Assembly: GCA_963737155.1 (NCBI GenBank)
Contig: CAVTRN010000002.1
Span: 1,824,001 to 1,888,000 of the forward strand
Length of the DNA stretch: 64,000 nt
DNA from: Nitrospirota bacterium
GTDB lineage: Bacteria > Nitrospirota > UBA9217
Reading direction: 5' to 3'
Part shown: one piece after another, positions 20,825-30,811 of the stretch
How the letters are laid out: every line of letters starts with the position of its first letter
Position numbering within the stretch: the stretch's first letter is position 1
Translations under genes and position numbers: made by a program
The notes under the pieces: generated by a model
The model's database searches: none
What the model was told of the DNA's origin: nothing
Seen by the model: only the letters and a program-made list of their open reading frames with translations

Positions 20825-21601
20825 ATGGGAGATAGAAAAGCGAAGATATCGGTCACCATACGTACTTTCAATGAAGAACTGAACATCAGGGAATGCCTTG
20901 GGAGTGTTGCCTGGGCCGACGAGATCGTCGTTGTCGACTCGGAAAGCACGGACAATACTGTTTCTCTGGCCCGTGAATTCACGGATAAGGTCACAGTCCA
21001 GAAATGGCTCGGCCATATTGGCCAAAGCCAGTTCGCCACGGATCGGACGAAAAACCTCTGGGTGCTACACATAGATGCAGACGAGCGAGTGTCACCGGCT
21101 CTTCGTGACGAGATCCTTGCGCTGGATTTGGACAACACCTCTTGTGACGCCTATGAAATGCCGCGCCATCATTTTTTCATGCAGAAGTGGATCAACCATT
21201 CAGGGTGGTATCCAGACTACAAGATCCGTTTATTTCGCAGAGACCGGTGCAGGTGGGGAGGCTATGCTCCTCACGATGAGGTTAAGGTCAAGGGCCGTAA
21301 GGAAAAGCTACGGAACGAACTCCTCCATTACATATACGCTGACATCGCACACTTTGCAGCAACAAAGAATCATTACTCGTCGCTTACTGCGGCAGACCAC
21401 TTTAAAAACGGCAGGAGAGCGCATATTATCGATTTTACTTTGCGACCGCTCTATACTTTTCTTTACCGCTATTTTGTCCGCTTAGGAATTGCTGACGGCA
21501 TAGCCGGATTTACGATATCGGTCATGGAGGCCCATGCTGTATTCATGAAATATATTAAATTATATGAGATTCAATATAAACTCTGGAGATTTCCGAAATA
21601 G
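20825..21601 (+). CDS. GT2 glycosyltransferase (WaaE/KdtX/LgtF-like)
   Basis: FNEE, EIVVVDSESTD, IDADE, WYPD..RLF, HY, RLGIADG, KYIKL. Confidence 0.88.
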   Translation: MGDRKAKISVTIRTFNEELNIRECLGSVAWADEIVVVDSESTDNTVSLAREFTDKVTVQKWLGHIGQSQFATDRTKNLWVLHIDADERVSPALRDEILALDLDNTSCDAYEMPRHHFFMQKWINHSGWYPDYKIRLFRRDRCRWGGYAPHDEVKVKGRKEKLRNELLHYIYADIAHFAATKNHYSSLTAADHFKNGRRAHIIDFTLRPLYTFLYRYFVRLGIADGIAGFTISVMEAHAVFMKYIKLYEIQYKLWRFPK

Positions 21602-21619
21602 CATAAAGAAGCAGCTGTA

Positions 21620-21886
21620 AAGATTACCGTCACCCATATATACTTTCCGCAATCCGTACGGGATTGACCACTATGATATCACGCGAGATCCATCATCAGG
21701 GGCTAGAGAGCCAGTTAACTACAGACGGAAGGGCCAATTTTCTCTTTTACCGTCCTGCCACGTTTGTGTTTAAAATCGTCGCGCGCCTCGAATTATCGTG
21801 ATGGTAAGCCGGGGCTGGTGTTAAACTCGTTCCATCCATATTATGTGTTCGCAAAATACACCAAGGCATGGGTGTATCTTAAATGA
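21620..21886 (+). pseudogene. Decayed relic of a second WaaE-like GT2 gene (C-terminal part)
   Basis: 21794-21886 translates YRDGKPGLVLNSFHPYYVFAKYTKAWVYLK*, matching the GT2 tail (cf. IADGIAGF...VFMKYIKLYE in the upstream gene). A frameshifted fragment FYRPATFVFKIVARL lies before it. Confidence 0.65.
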
Positions 21887-21951
21887 CGCTAAGGACGCAG
21901 GGAATTGGGCGATGAGTAAGCAATCATGCCTATCCTTTCTGCACGAGAATC

Positions 21952-23049
21952 ATGAAAGTCCTGTTCGTGAATAATTTCGGGGGACGAGGCGGTGGCGAGG
22001 AGTTTCTTTGCGACCTATTACCGGGGCTTGTTCACAAAGGCGTCCAGGTGGGTCTTGTCTGTCGTCCCAATACGCCGCTTGTCGCCATATTCAAAGACAG
22101 CAATATTGCCCTTTATCCCATTCCAAGGTCGGGAACGGACGGTCCGTCGTCTGTCTTTAAAACAGCCAAGGCAATACGAGGGAAGCAATACGATATTGTC
22201 GCCATCCAACGCGGCCATGATATAATCCAATCATGGATCGGCGCGTTACTTTCAGGCACAAGACCGGTCCTCACATATACGCCCCAGGTGCCTGAATTTA
22301 TCCGCTCTCGCCTTCTTCTCAGCCGCATGCGGAAGATTGTCACGATCTCAAGGTACATCAGGGACAAGGTTGTTTCGTATTATCCCTCCATTGCGCCTGA
22401 TATCAGTATTATCTATTACGGCATAGATACGGGACGGTTCCATACAGGCCCTGAGCGCAAGGACACGATCAGGGACCGATTCGGCCTTTCGCCGCTGACG
22501 CGGATAATCGGTACCGTGGGGGATCTCTGGAAAAATCAGATAGAGTTCCTCGATGCTATGCCGCATATCAGAAAAGTGTTTGCCGATGTCAAATTTGCAC
22601 TGGTTGCCTCTGAAGCGGGAATCGGTCAGATCCAGGATTTTAAAGAACGAGCTGCCCAACTCGGTGTTGCCGATAGCATTCTCTGGGTCGGGAGACTTTC
22701 AAAAGATGAGATGCTATCCTTCTATGACGCTATAGACATCGCGGTTAGTACCCATCGAAATGAGGGATTCGGCATCTGGGTACTGGAATCCCTGTCCATG
22801 GGAAAGCCGGTGGTAGCCTTCAACGAGGGTGGGATCCGGGATTCACTCGAACACTGTCCCGGCGGCGTACTGGTGAGCGGGGGGGCACCCGAAATGGCCA
22901 GGGAAATTATAACAATTTTGTCGAATGAAGAGCTGCGGAATAAAATGTCTGTTGCAGCTAGGCAATGGGTAACCGAGAAATTCAACAGGGAACGGATGGT
23001 GGATGATTATTACCGCTTTTTTAAAGAGATCGCTGACTCAAGAAGCTGA
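21952..23049 (+). CDS. GT4 glycosyltransferase
   Basis: GGGEE, IYYGID, EGFGIWVLESLSMGKPVVA. Confidence 0.88.
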   Translation: MKVLFVNNFGGRGGGEEFLCDLLPGLVHKGVQVGLVCRPNTPLVAIFKDSNIALYPIPRSGTDGPSSVFKTAKAIRGKQYDIVAIQRGHDIIQSWIGALLSGTRPVLTYTPQVPEFIRSRLLLSRMRKIVTISRYIRDKVVSYYPSIAPDISIIYYGIDTGRFHTGPERKDTIRDRFGLSPLTRIIGTVGDLWKNQIEFLDAMPHIRKVFADVKFALVASEAGIGQIQDFKERAAQLGVADSILWVGRLSKDEMLSFYDAIDIAVSTHRNEGFGIWVLESLSMGKPVVAFNEGGIRDSLEHCPGGVLVSGGAPEMAREIITILSNEELRNKMSVAARQWVTEKFNRERMVDDYYRFFKEIADSRS

Positions 23050-23142
23050 TTTCACTTGCGAATTTTTTCAAATTATATTGTTTCATAAGTTAAAAGCATG
23101 TCTGTTTATCGATTTGTGCATTGACCCTCACTTGAGTTTAGC

Positions 23143-24219
23143 ATGAACATATTGATGATAATCTCCAAGAATGACCGCTACGGCGCCCAAAGAATATTTC
23201 TCGATCAGGTGCAGATTCTAAATTCTTTGGGAAACCGCGTTGTTGTCGTGGGACGGGGTTCCCATGGTTATGTCACCGAATCAGTGAGGGCAATGGGCGT
23301 CGAGTACGTGGGCATGCCCATGAAGGGGATTCGGGATGTCTATCGTATGATACTGATCGTCCGTCGACAGAGGATCGACGTTATCCATACGACGCTCGAC
23401 CGGGCTGATTACTTTGGCGTGATTCTCTCCGTGGTTACCCGCAAACCTGTTGTTAGCACAATGATGGTGCCCCGGTACCACCCGGGTTTTAAGTTCGTCG
23501 ACAAGGTTGTTGTTCTGTCGGAAAAACTGAGGGAACTTCTTCTGAAAAAGGGGATTAAATCGGAAGACATTACCGTGATAAGACCCGGCATTGATGTGGA
23601 CCGCTTTATCAATCCAGACCTGGCAAAGCGAGAAGCATGGAAGCACAAACTGAAGACGGATCAATATAGCACGATTTTCAGCCATACGGCAAGCATAATT
23701 CCAAGAAAAGCTCATCACGTTTCGTTGCAGCTAATTGCTGCCTGCAAGAAAATGGGTGAAATGCCGCTCCTTGTGATCATCGGGGATCCCTTGAAAGGGG
23801 AGTATTACGATTCACTGATCAAGCTTATCTCTCAAATGGATCTCCGGGAGAATGTTCATTTTACTGGCTGGACGGCCGACCTTCCGGAAATATTGTCACT
23901 CTGCCATATCACGCTTCTTCCCTCAGAGAACGAAGCACTGGGAATCGTTCTCATGGAAGGCATGGCCGCCGGCATGCCGATTGTCGCCCGGGAAGGCGAG
24001 GGGGGAGCGGAGTTGATAGCAGAATATGGGACAGGTTTCCTTTACCGCGATCGTGAGGGCATCGACGCGCTCGCAGATAAAATCGTGACATTGCGACGTG
24101 ATCGCGACCGCTACCAGGCCATTTCCACGGAATGCAAAAAAATAGCCGCAAATTCTTTTGGCATGAAGAACTTTGGTGAAAAACTCATCTATCTTTATCA
24201 AGCGATAGGAAGAACATAA
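23143..24219 (+). CDS. GT4 glycosyltransferase
   Basis: YGAQR, IRPGID, FTGW, EALGIVLMEGMAAGMPIV. Confidence 0.88.
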   Translation: MNILMIISKNDRYGAQRIFLDQVQILNSLGNRVVVVGRGSHGYVTESVRAMGVEYVGMPMKGIRDVYRMILIVRRQRIDVIHTTLDRADYFGVILSVVTRKPVVSTMMVPRYHPGFKFVDKVVVLSEKLRELLLKKGIKSEDITVIRPGIDVDRFINPDLAKREAWKHKLKTDQYSTIFSHTASIIPRKAHHVSLQLIAACKKMGEMPLLVIIGDPLKGEYYDSLIKLISQMDLRENVHFTGWTADLPEILSLCHITLLPSENEALGIVLMEGMAAGMPIVAREGEGGAELIAEYGTGFLYRDREGIDALADKIVTLRRDRDRYQAISTECKKIAANSFGMKNFGEKLIYLYQAIGRT

Positions 24220-24229
24220 AATCTGGATC

Positions 24230-25459
24230 ATGAAGATCGCGATTGTCTATCCTTCTCTCCATGCGGTCGGAGGGGCGGAAAATGTTGTAATATGGCTCGC
24301 TGAAAGCCTGGCAAAAAGGGGACATGATATTGTCCTTATGACGAGGGAATTTTCCGAATCCATCTGGGGCAAGAGGGAGGATCGTCCATACACAGTATGC
24401 TTGCTTGATTTCAAGAAATACCGATCGACATTGAAAACAAACCGCGCCGCGGGCATGGCGCTGGGAAAGGCACTCGCGTCAAGTGATTTTGATGTTATTA
24501 ATCCGCACAACTATCCTGCAAGTCTTTGGGTTTATTATGCCCGTCAGCACAAAAATGACTTCCCGGATGTGATCCTGTATTTGCATAATCTGACACGGAA
24601 TTTTTATGAAAGATTGATTGATACCCATTATCGAAGGCTTCCGGGACTTCGGAACATATGGAACAGATACCGTCCGAAGAAGATGTTTCGTTCCTTCAGG
24701 CAAATCCTTTTCGGATACCGGCGTCTCGACAAGGCAGCAGTGGTCTCTTGCAGCAGGGTGCTCGCGAACAGCGCTTATGCCGCTGAAATTGCAAAAAAGA
24801 TCTATGGTATTGAAATCCAGCCGTGTCCGCTGGGTGTTTCCCCGGAACGGTACGGGGACCAGCGTGAGAACCAGTTCAAGCAGGCACGGAAGGGGATTTC
24901 TTCCTTGACGGTAGCAAGAATGGAAGTGCAAAAAAATTATGACACGGTTCTGAAGGCGGTTAGCCTGGTAAAAGAAAAGGATGCACTGCCAGCAGGTTTC
25001 CAACATAAAATAGCGGGCGACGGACCTTATCGCAAAAGCTTTCAAAGAAAAGCCCGCAAACTCGGCATTGCTGATGTCGTACAGTTTCTTGGCTCAGTGC
25101 CTCATAATGATATCGGGCGATTCTATGCTGATGCCGAATTCATTGTGCATATCCCGCTCGATGAACCGTTCGGTTTGGTACCGCTCGAGGCGGCGTTGCT
25201 GAAGAAACCGAGCATTGTTTCCGATCATGGCGGACCTGCGGAAATCGTGATTGACGGGGTTACGGGATACCATGTAGATGCGCTGAATCCCCATGAAGTC
25301 GCGAAAAGAATGGATCATCTCTTGAACAATCCGGAAATCGCCCGGATGATGGGTGAAGCAGCATATCATCGGGTAATGGAAAATATGACATGGGATGTCT
25401 TTGTCCGTAATTTTGAAGAACATTTGAAACAGATTCAGGGACAAAATCAGGCAAGCTAG
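24230..25459 (+). CDS. GT4 glycosyltransferase
   Basis: GGAE, ANS, AGDGP, EPFGLVPLEAA, GGPAEIV. Confidence 0.88.
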   Translation: MKIAIVYPSLHAVGGAENVVIWLAESLAKRGHDIVLMTREFSESIWGKREDRPYTVCLLDFKKYRSTLKTNRAAGMALGKALASSDFDVINPHNYPASLWVYYARQHKNDFPDVILYLHNLTRNFYERLIDTHYRRLPGLRNIWNRYRPKKMFRSFRQILFGYRRLDKAAVVSCSRVLANSAYAAEIAKKIYGIEIQPCPLGVSPERYGDQRENQFKQARKGISSLTVARMEVQKNYDTVLKAVSLVKEKDALPAGFQHKIAGDGPYRKSFQRKARKLGIADVVQFLGSVPHNDIGRFYADAEFIVHIPLDEPFGLVPLEAALLKKPSIVSDHGGPAEIVIDGVTGYHVDALNPHEVAKRMDHLLNNPEIARMMGEAAYHRVMENMTWDVFVRNFEEHLKQIQGQNQAS

Positions 25460-25486
25460 GCACCAGTACCACCGACGAGGTAAATT

Positions 25487-26800
25487 ATGCCGGAAGAGAG
25501 TTTTGCGGGATCGGTGAAAACAAATTATCGAAATATCGTCCGGCGGATACGAATCGCGAAGCGGGTTATACGTCACTATCGCAAGATAGCCCTTCATCGC
25601 CCTGACACCTCCTGGGAATTTTATCAATTTGAACGAAGTGTAAATCCTATGACCTGGGACAGACATGATGAAATTTCTGCTTGGGCACAGTCTTGCTCGC
25701 AAAATACCGTTGAGTGGGAACATCGCTCGCTCTACGAAACGTCGAATGATCCGGTGGCCCGACAGGGGTACACTCTGATGCAAGAAGTAAAACGGAAATA
25801 TAAGGGACGATTCAGCAATCAGGAACAGATAAAAATTCTGATGCACGTGCCGTCCTGGAGATACTCTCCTGGGGGATATTCTGTTCACACAAATATTGTG
25901 CAGGCACTTGACTTTATCGGTATTCCCGTTCGGGTACTTGGTTGGGACCAGCCAATTGAATCGGCACTAGAGTCATTCAAACCTACAGTCTTCCTTACCA
26001 GCGATCATGACTCATATTTAAAGAGAATAAACTGGGATTCCCTAGCCACGTATAGAAAAAAGAATTTAGTCAGGCTCGGTTTAACCGCTTCCCTTGAGGA
26101 ATACGGCAACACCCCTTTGCCATTGCGGTTGGAATGGGCGAAAAAATATTGCGTTGATTTCTATTATAGTTTTCGGGCGCCGGAATATATCAGGCAGAGG
26201 AAGGAATACAACCTCTTTCTTGAAAATGGATATCGGATTTACAGCATAGAATTCGGAGCAAATCCGCTTGCATATTACCCGGTTCCGGGATTTAAAAGAG
26301 ACATAGATTATGTATTCCTGGCCTCTAGCAACCCGGATAAATGGCCGCGATACAGGACTTATTTGTCCTCCATTTTCAATCGTTATCCTGGGTTCATTGA
26401 TGGCCCGGGATGGTCTTTCATAAATAATTTCACATTTAATCCCATCAGAGATCGTTATATCTATTCCAGGGCGAAGGTAGGAGTAAATTTACACATTGAA
26501 AACCAAATCGATCATGCATGTGAATTAAACGAAAGGACGTATATGTTGGCAGCGTGCGGCATTCCCCAGTTGGTTGATAACCCTATGCTTTTGACTTCCA
26601 GGTTTACTCCTGGTTGTTTCTTTACGGCCGGTAGCCCGAGGGAATATGAATCCCTGTTTGAAGAAATAATCAGCAATCCGGGAATGGCGGCAACCAGGGC
26701 ATTACAAGCCCAGCGGGAAGTATTTGAGAAACATACCATCTTGCACCGTGCAGAACGATTTGTTCTTGACCTAGTGGACGACAAGGGGAATCAGAATTAA
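25487..26800 (+). CDS. Glycosyltransferase, CgeB/YkvP-like (Glyco_trans_1_2)
   Basis: C-terminal IYSRAKVGVNLH...LNERTYMLAACG...EKHTILHRA pattern. Confidence 0.7.
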   Translation: MPEESFAGSVKTNYRNIVRRIRIAKRVIRHYRKIALHRPDTSWEFYQFERSVNPMTWDRHDEISAWAQSCSQNTVEWEHRSLYETSNDPVARQGYTLMQEVKRKYKGRFSNQEQIKILMHVPSWRYSPGGYSVHTNIVQALDFIGIPVRVLGWDQPIESALESFKPTVFLTSDHDSYLKRINWDSLATYRKKNLVRLGLTASLEEYGNTPLPLRLEWAKKYCVDFYYSFRAPEYIRQRKEYNLFLENGYRIYSIEFGANPLAYYPVPGFKRDIDYVFLASSNPDKWPRYRTYLSSIFNRYPGFIDGPGWSFINNFTFNPIRDRYIYSRAKVGVNLHIENQIDHACELNERTYMLAACGIPQLVDNPMLLTSRFTPGCFFTAGSPREYESLFEEIISNPGMAATRALQAQREVFEKHTILHRAERFVLDLVDDKGNQN

Positions 26801-27314
26801 CATGGCATTTTTGCTCAATACAAACATCGATACAGCGATCAATAAAAACTAAGAGGAAATATCGCATGGTTTGGTCCTGCGGTAAATTATCTCTTCGATC
26901 GAAATAAAGGCTGCGTTGTAGGAGAAATGAACCTTCGGATGGAAGGTGCGGCACCGTAACAAAAAATGAAGAAAACCAACAACCTTGCTTATGTGCCGAA
27001 TGATAAAATAAATCGTGAATAGGAAAACAAGTTTATGAAATGGTGCATAAAGTTCCGAGAGACAGAAAGACGCTTTTTTAGATCTACTTAAAGTATGACT
27101 GTATAGCACTCTCGGAGCGACATGGCTGCTTTATTCAGAAAATATATTATTTGGACATTCACCGAATCCTGTTGCCCTTCTGGCTATTTTTATTACATAA
27201 CGTATGGAAGGCACATATCAATATCATTCAAACTCCTCTAATATGTATTGTATAACATGAGAATTACCGAAAAGTTGTGCGACGACCATGAAAATGGTAA
27301 TTATATAACACTGG

Positions 27315-28049
27315 ATGTTAATGCTGAAAAATAAAATCAAAAAACTAGTAAGGTATAAAAAATACTGCGAGGATTTTCTGAAGTTCAGAAAATTTGCGTT
27401 GCTCAAGGAGCAACGATTCCCTCTGCGCTGGAGCGACCGTTATCCGTGCCTAAACGATAAGACGTCAACGACGGATTTTGACCGGCATTATATCTATCAT
27501 CCTGCATGGGCCGCACGAGTTCTTGCGCAGACTCGTCCGGAATATCATGTGGATATATCATCGTCGCTTTATTTCTGTTCTATTGTTTCGGCCTTCATTC
27601 CGGTCAGATTTTATGATTATCGGCCGGCGGATTTGAGGCTTTCCAATCTTACGGCTGAACCGATTGATCTGCTTGCCTTGCCGTTCGCAACAGGCAGCAT
27701 TCAGTCGCTTTCATGCATGCATGTGGTGGAGCATATCGGTTTAGGTCGTTACGGAGACCCTCTGGATTCCGATGGCGATCTGAATGCAATTTCAGAACTA
27801 AAAAGAGTCTTGGCGCCGGGCGGTTCCTTGTTGTTTGTGGTGCCGATTGGCAAACCAAAGATACTGTTTAACGCTCATCGCATCTATGCTTTCGACCAGA
27901 TCTCAAAATACTTCAGTGACTTCGAAATGAAGGCATTTGCCCTGATACTTGACAACCCTGTCGAAGGCGGCTTCATCGAGCAAGCAACAAAGGAATTGGC
28001 GGATTCACAGCATTATGGTTGCGGATGTTTCTGGTTTAAAAAGGTTTGA
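27315..28049 (+). CDS. DUF268-type SAM-dependent methyltransferase-like protein
   Basis: FDRHYIYHPAWA, HVDISS, SCMHVVEHIGLGRYGDPLD, FNAHRIY. Confidence 0.8.
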   Translation: MLMLKNKIKKLVRYKKYCEDFLKFRKFALLKEQRFPLRWSDRYPCLNDKTSTTDFDRHYIYHPAWAARVLAQTRPEYHVDISSSLYFCSIVSAFIPVRFYDYRPADLRLSNLTAEPIDLLALPFATGSIQSLSCMHVVEHIGLGRYGDPLDSDGDLNAISELKRVLAPGGSLLFVVPIGKPKILFNAHRIYAFDQISKYFSDFEMKAFALILDNPVEGGFIEQATKELADSQHYGCGCFWFKKV

Positions 28050-29011
28050 CATGGAGTATTTTATTGATAAAAATTAGATTGCCTTTCCTTTGCATGAAGA
28101 GAAGCCGCCACGATTCCATTGCGACTGCAAATGTCGTAACCGAGGCTCTGGTTAAGCTTCATACGTCTCCGCGTACGAGCGCCGGCAATTACCCGGCCGA
28201 ATGCATCATATTCTCAATGGACAGGGCTCTCCAGCTTCATGCCTTGCTCTCTTCCTACTTCGAGAAAGTTCAGGGCCCGCTGCCAGTACATGTTTTGTAT
28301 CGAACGTCCACTCGCGCTCACCAGAAGGCATATGAAGAAGTCTTTTCAATTTTTCAAGGACGTCGGCTAACGGCAGTTGTTCAGGAAAGCAGGGAATCCT
28401 TTAAAAGACAACTCATTCATATTCTGGGCTCCCTCGAATCGTCTAAAGTCGTCTTTTTAGTTGATGATATTATTTTTATAGAAAACGTCAATATGGAAGA
28501 TTTTATAAATTTCGATACAAGAACGACAATTCCGTCTCTTCGCATGGGGGCCAATCTCGAGAGGGCTTACACGGTTCAGCAAAACCAGATGCTTCCGCCT
28601 TTCACACCGCAAGCAATAAAAGACGAGGACAAGCTTTGCTGGGTTTGGGCGGATGGGGTGTATGATTGGGGCTATCCTCTGTCAGTTGATGGGCATCTGT
28701 TCTCGGCACGAGAAATTGGCATACTGGCGAATTATACGAACTTCAATTCTCCTAACACCTTTGAATCGAATCTTCAGGCATGGGTAAAATATTTCAAACA
28801 TCGCAACGGCATATGCTACAAAAAATCGAGGATCGTGAACATTCCGGCAAACAGGGTACAAAGCGATATAAACAATATACACGGATCTGTGCATCAGGAT
28901 TATTTGCTGGAACAGTGGATGCTCGGGAAACAGATGGATTATCGCTCGCTTTACGGAATGGCGAACATCAGTGCACATCAGGAAGTAGAATTTCACCTGA
29001 TACAGCGGTGA
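28046..29011 (+). CDS. Hypothetical GT-A-fold-like glycosyltransferase
   Basis: IIFSMDRALQL, FLVDDIIF, YPLSVDGH, PNTFE, IVNIPANRVQ; lies in a glycan cluster. Confidence 0.6.
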   Translation: MTWSILLIKIRLPFLCMKRSRHDSIATANVVTEALVKLHTSPRTSAGNYPAECIIFSMDRALQLHALLSSYFEKVQGPLPVHVLYRTSTRAHQKAYEEVFSIFQGRRLTAVVQESRESFKRQLIHILGSLESSKVVFLVDDIIFIENVNMEDFINFDTRTTIPSLRMGANLERAYTVQQNQMLPPFTPQAIKDEDKLCWVWADGVYDWGYPLSVDGHLFSAREIGILANYTNFNSPNTFESNLQAWVKYFKHRNGICYKKSRIVNIPANRVQSDINNIHGSVHQDYLLEQWMLGKQMDYRSLYGMANISAHQEVEFHLIQR

Positions 29012-29066
29012 CAATAAGTCGAGGGCCGAGGATGGACGAAAAAAGGTGTATGAGGTTTGCTAAAGA

Positions 29067-30035
29067 ATGAATACGAAACCGCTGGTCTCCATCTGTATAC
29101 CCGTTTACAACAGCGCTTTCTATTTGAGGTCGTGTCTGGACAGTATCGCGTCTCAGACCTATAGTCCACGGGAAGTTATTATTGCCGACGACGGATCGTC
29201 TGATGGCTCTATTGATATAGCAGCTGAATATGTTCAAAATTATGGGTTTAAGCTCCATCGGAATGGGACGAATCTCGGAGCGGCAAAAACTTCAAGTAAA
29301 CTCATCGAAATGGCAGCAGGCGAGTATATCGCTCTTTATCATTCCGATGATGTGTATGAAAGCACGATTGTTGAAGAATCAGCGGCGGTCCTAAGCAATG
29401 ACGCAACAATCGGTCTCGTTGGAACGATGGCAAGTATCATTGATGAGCATGGGAATCGTCTGTCGGAATTTAAACTCCATGATGCAATTAAATCATTAAA
29501 CAAAAAAACATACAGTTTTGATGAAACCATGCTGGGAATGTTAAAAAACGCGGGACACGATATTTTTCTGGTGACACCCTCGATCATGGCGAGAAAAAAT
29601 GTGTACAGGGAAGTGGGTGGTTTTGATACGCGAAAATACAGGTCGGCTTACGATTATGAAATGTGGCTGCGTATGGCAACAAAGCACCGGGTGGCAATAC
29701 TGGATAAAAGGTTAATGCACTATCGAATTCACAAGAATCAGATCAGTGAATCACAAATCAGAAAGAATCTGGAAGTCCAAGATATCCTGTGGGTAATCAG
29801 GGATTATCGGCAATTGATTTCGAGCAGAAGACTTAAAAAATATTGCGATCGCATGCTCGATAAGTGGCTGTTTAGAACGGCAAAGAAGCAGAATTACAAC
29901 GGAATGTTCTTGAAAAGCAGCGAAACGCTGAATCTCGTCGAGTCACCCAAATATGCAATTTTGAAAAGTGTCGTCAGATTGTTTAATACGATGAAAATTA
30001 CCATGAAAAAGACGAAATCTGCGTACCATGATTAG
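29067..30035 (+). CDS. GT2 glycosyltransferase
   Basis: VSICIPVYN, IIADDGSSD, HSDD, DYEMWLR, YRIH. Confidence 0.9.
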   Translation: MNTKPLVSICIPVYNSAFYLRSCLDSIASQTYSPREVIIADDGSSDGSIDIAAEYVQNYGFKLHRNGTNLGAAKTSSKLIEMAAGEYIALYHSDDVYESTIVEESAAVLSNDATIGLVGTMASIIDEHGNRLSEFKLHDAIKSLNKKTYSFDETMLGMLKNAGHDIFLVTPSIMARKNVYREVGGFDTRKYRSAYDYEMWLRMATKHRVAILDKRLMHYRIHKNQISESQIRKNLEVQDILWVIRDYRQLISSRRLKKYCDRMLDKWLFRTAKKQNYNGMFLKSSETLNLVESPKYAILKSVVRLFNTMKITMKKTKSAYHD

Positions 30036-30136
30036 AAACATACCCCTGACAAAACGCATGAATTGATGAACAAACCTCACACGAGCAGGAAAACATATAT
30101 TCAACGCAGGAAAATCATGCTCTCGAAGGTCATTGG

Positions 30137-30332
30137 TCATTCGCCGAGGGGCATGTGATGAATAATATCGGCGTTCGTTTTCTTCGCCGTTGCTGCATTG
30201 CCTTTCTTCCCAGTAAAAATCCCGATTAGCTCATAGTAAGGCTTATTTGACTCTTTTTGCAATACGGAGGCAGTTCGGATTGCCATTTCGCCTATTCCAG
30301 ATATCAAGATCTTTTGCAGGGAGATAAATCAT
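30137..30332 (-). pseudogene. Possible decayed Rossmann-like gene fragment (sugar-transferase CoA-binding-like)
   Basis: AGGAGG RBS plus ATG at 30332. A shifted frame reads KILISGIGEMAIRTASVLQKESNKPYYELIGIF, a beta-alpha-beta nucleotide-binding pattern. Confidence 0.3.
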
Positions 30333-30586
30333 CTATCCTCCTTATAACAATGCGTGCTTTGTCATATTGATTTATTTTTCACATAAAGTGATAAGCTACT
30401 TCGTGCAAGAAATTTATTGCACGAAAAATACGAACAACGGGCAAAATAATGCAAGATATCAAACAGTAGCGGGGTTCAGAAAGTAAGAAGCTTTGCCTTG
30501 ACCATGCGTATAATTTTATGGTATCTTATTTCTTTCATATAATCTGGGAAGGAGCCCCCAATATCACCAATCAACCCATCCAGTTC

Positions 30587-30700
30587 AAAATCGCCAAGAA
30601 GGTCACTAATGAAGATATCCCTTTCAGGACGCCGATTGAAGGAGGAGACCTTCCTCTCTTGGTTGCCGACAGCTCCAAATAGAAATGGAAGCTAAATTAT
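30587..30700 (+). pseudogene. Relic of UDP-glucose 4-epimerase (galE) C-terminus
   Basis: Translates KIAKKVTNEDIPFRTPIEGGDLPLLVADSSK*, resembling GalE '...KVTG.DIP....RR.GDP..LVADSSK'. No start codon or N-terminal part. Confidence 0.6.
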
Positions 30701-30811
30701 ATAAGCTGAACCGCATCAGACTGAGAAAGGACTCACGAATACCGGTCGCAAAACAAAAGAATAGTTGCATAGTTACTCATCCCTCGACATTCGCCATACG
30801 GAGGAATTATT

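Noticed and set aside
26801-27314. Possible pseudogene in the glycan cassette gap
   Set aside because: No family motif could be recognised in the frames read by eye; left unexplained.
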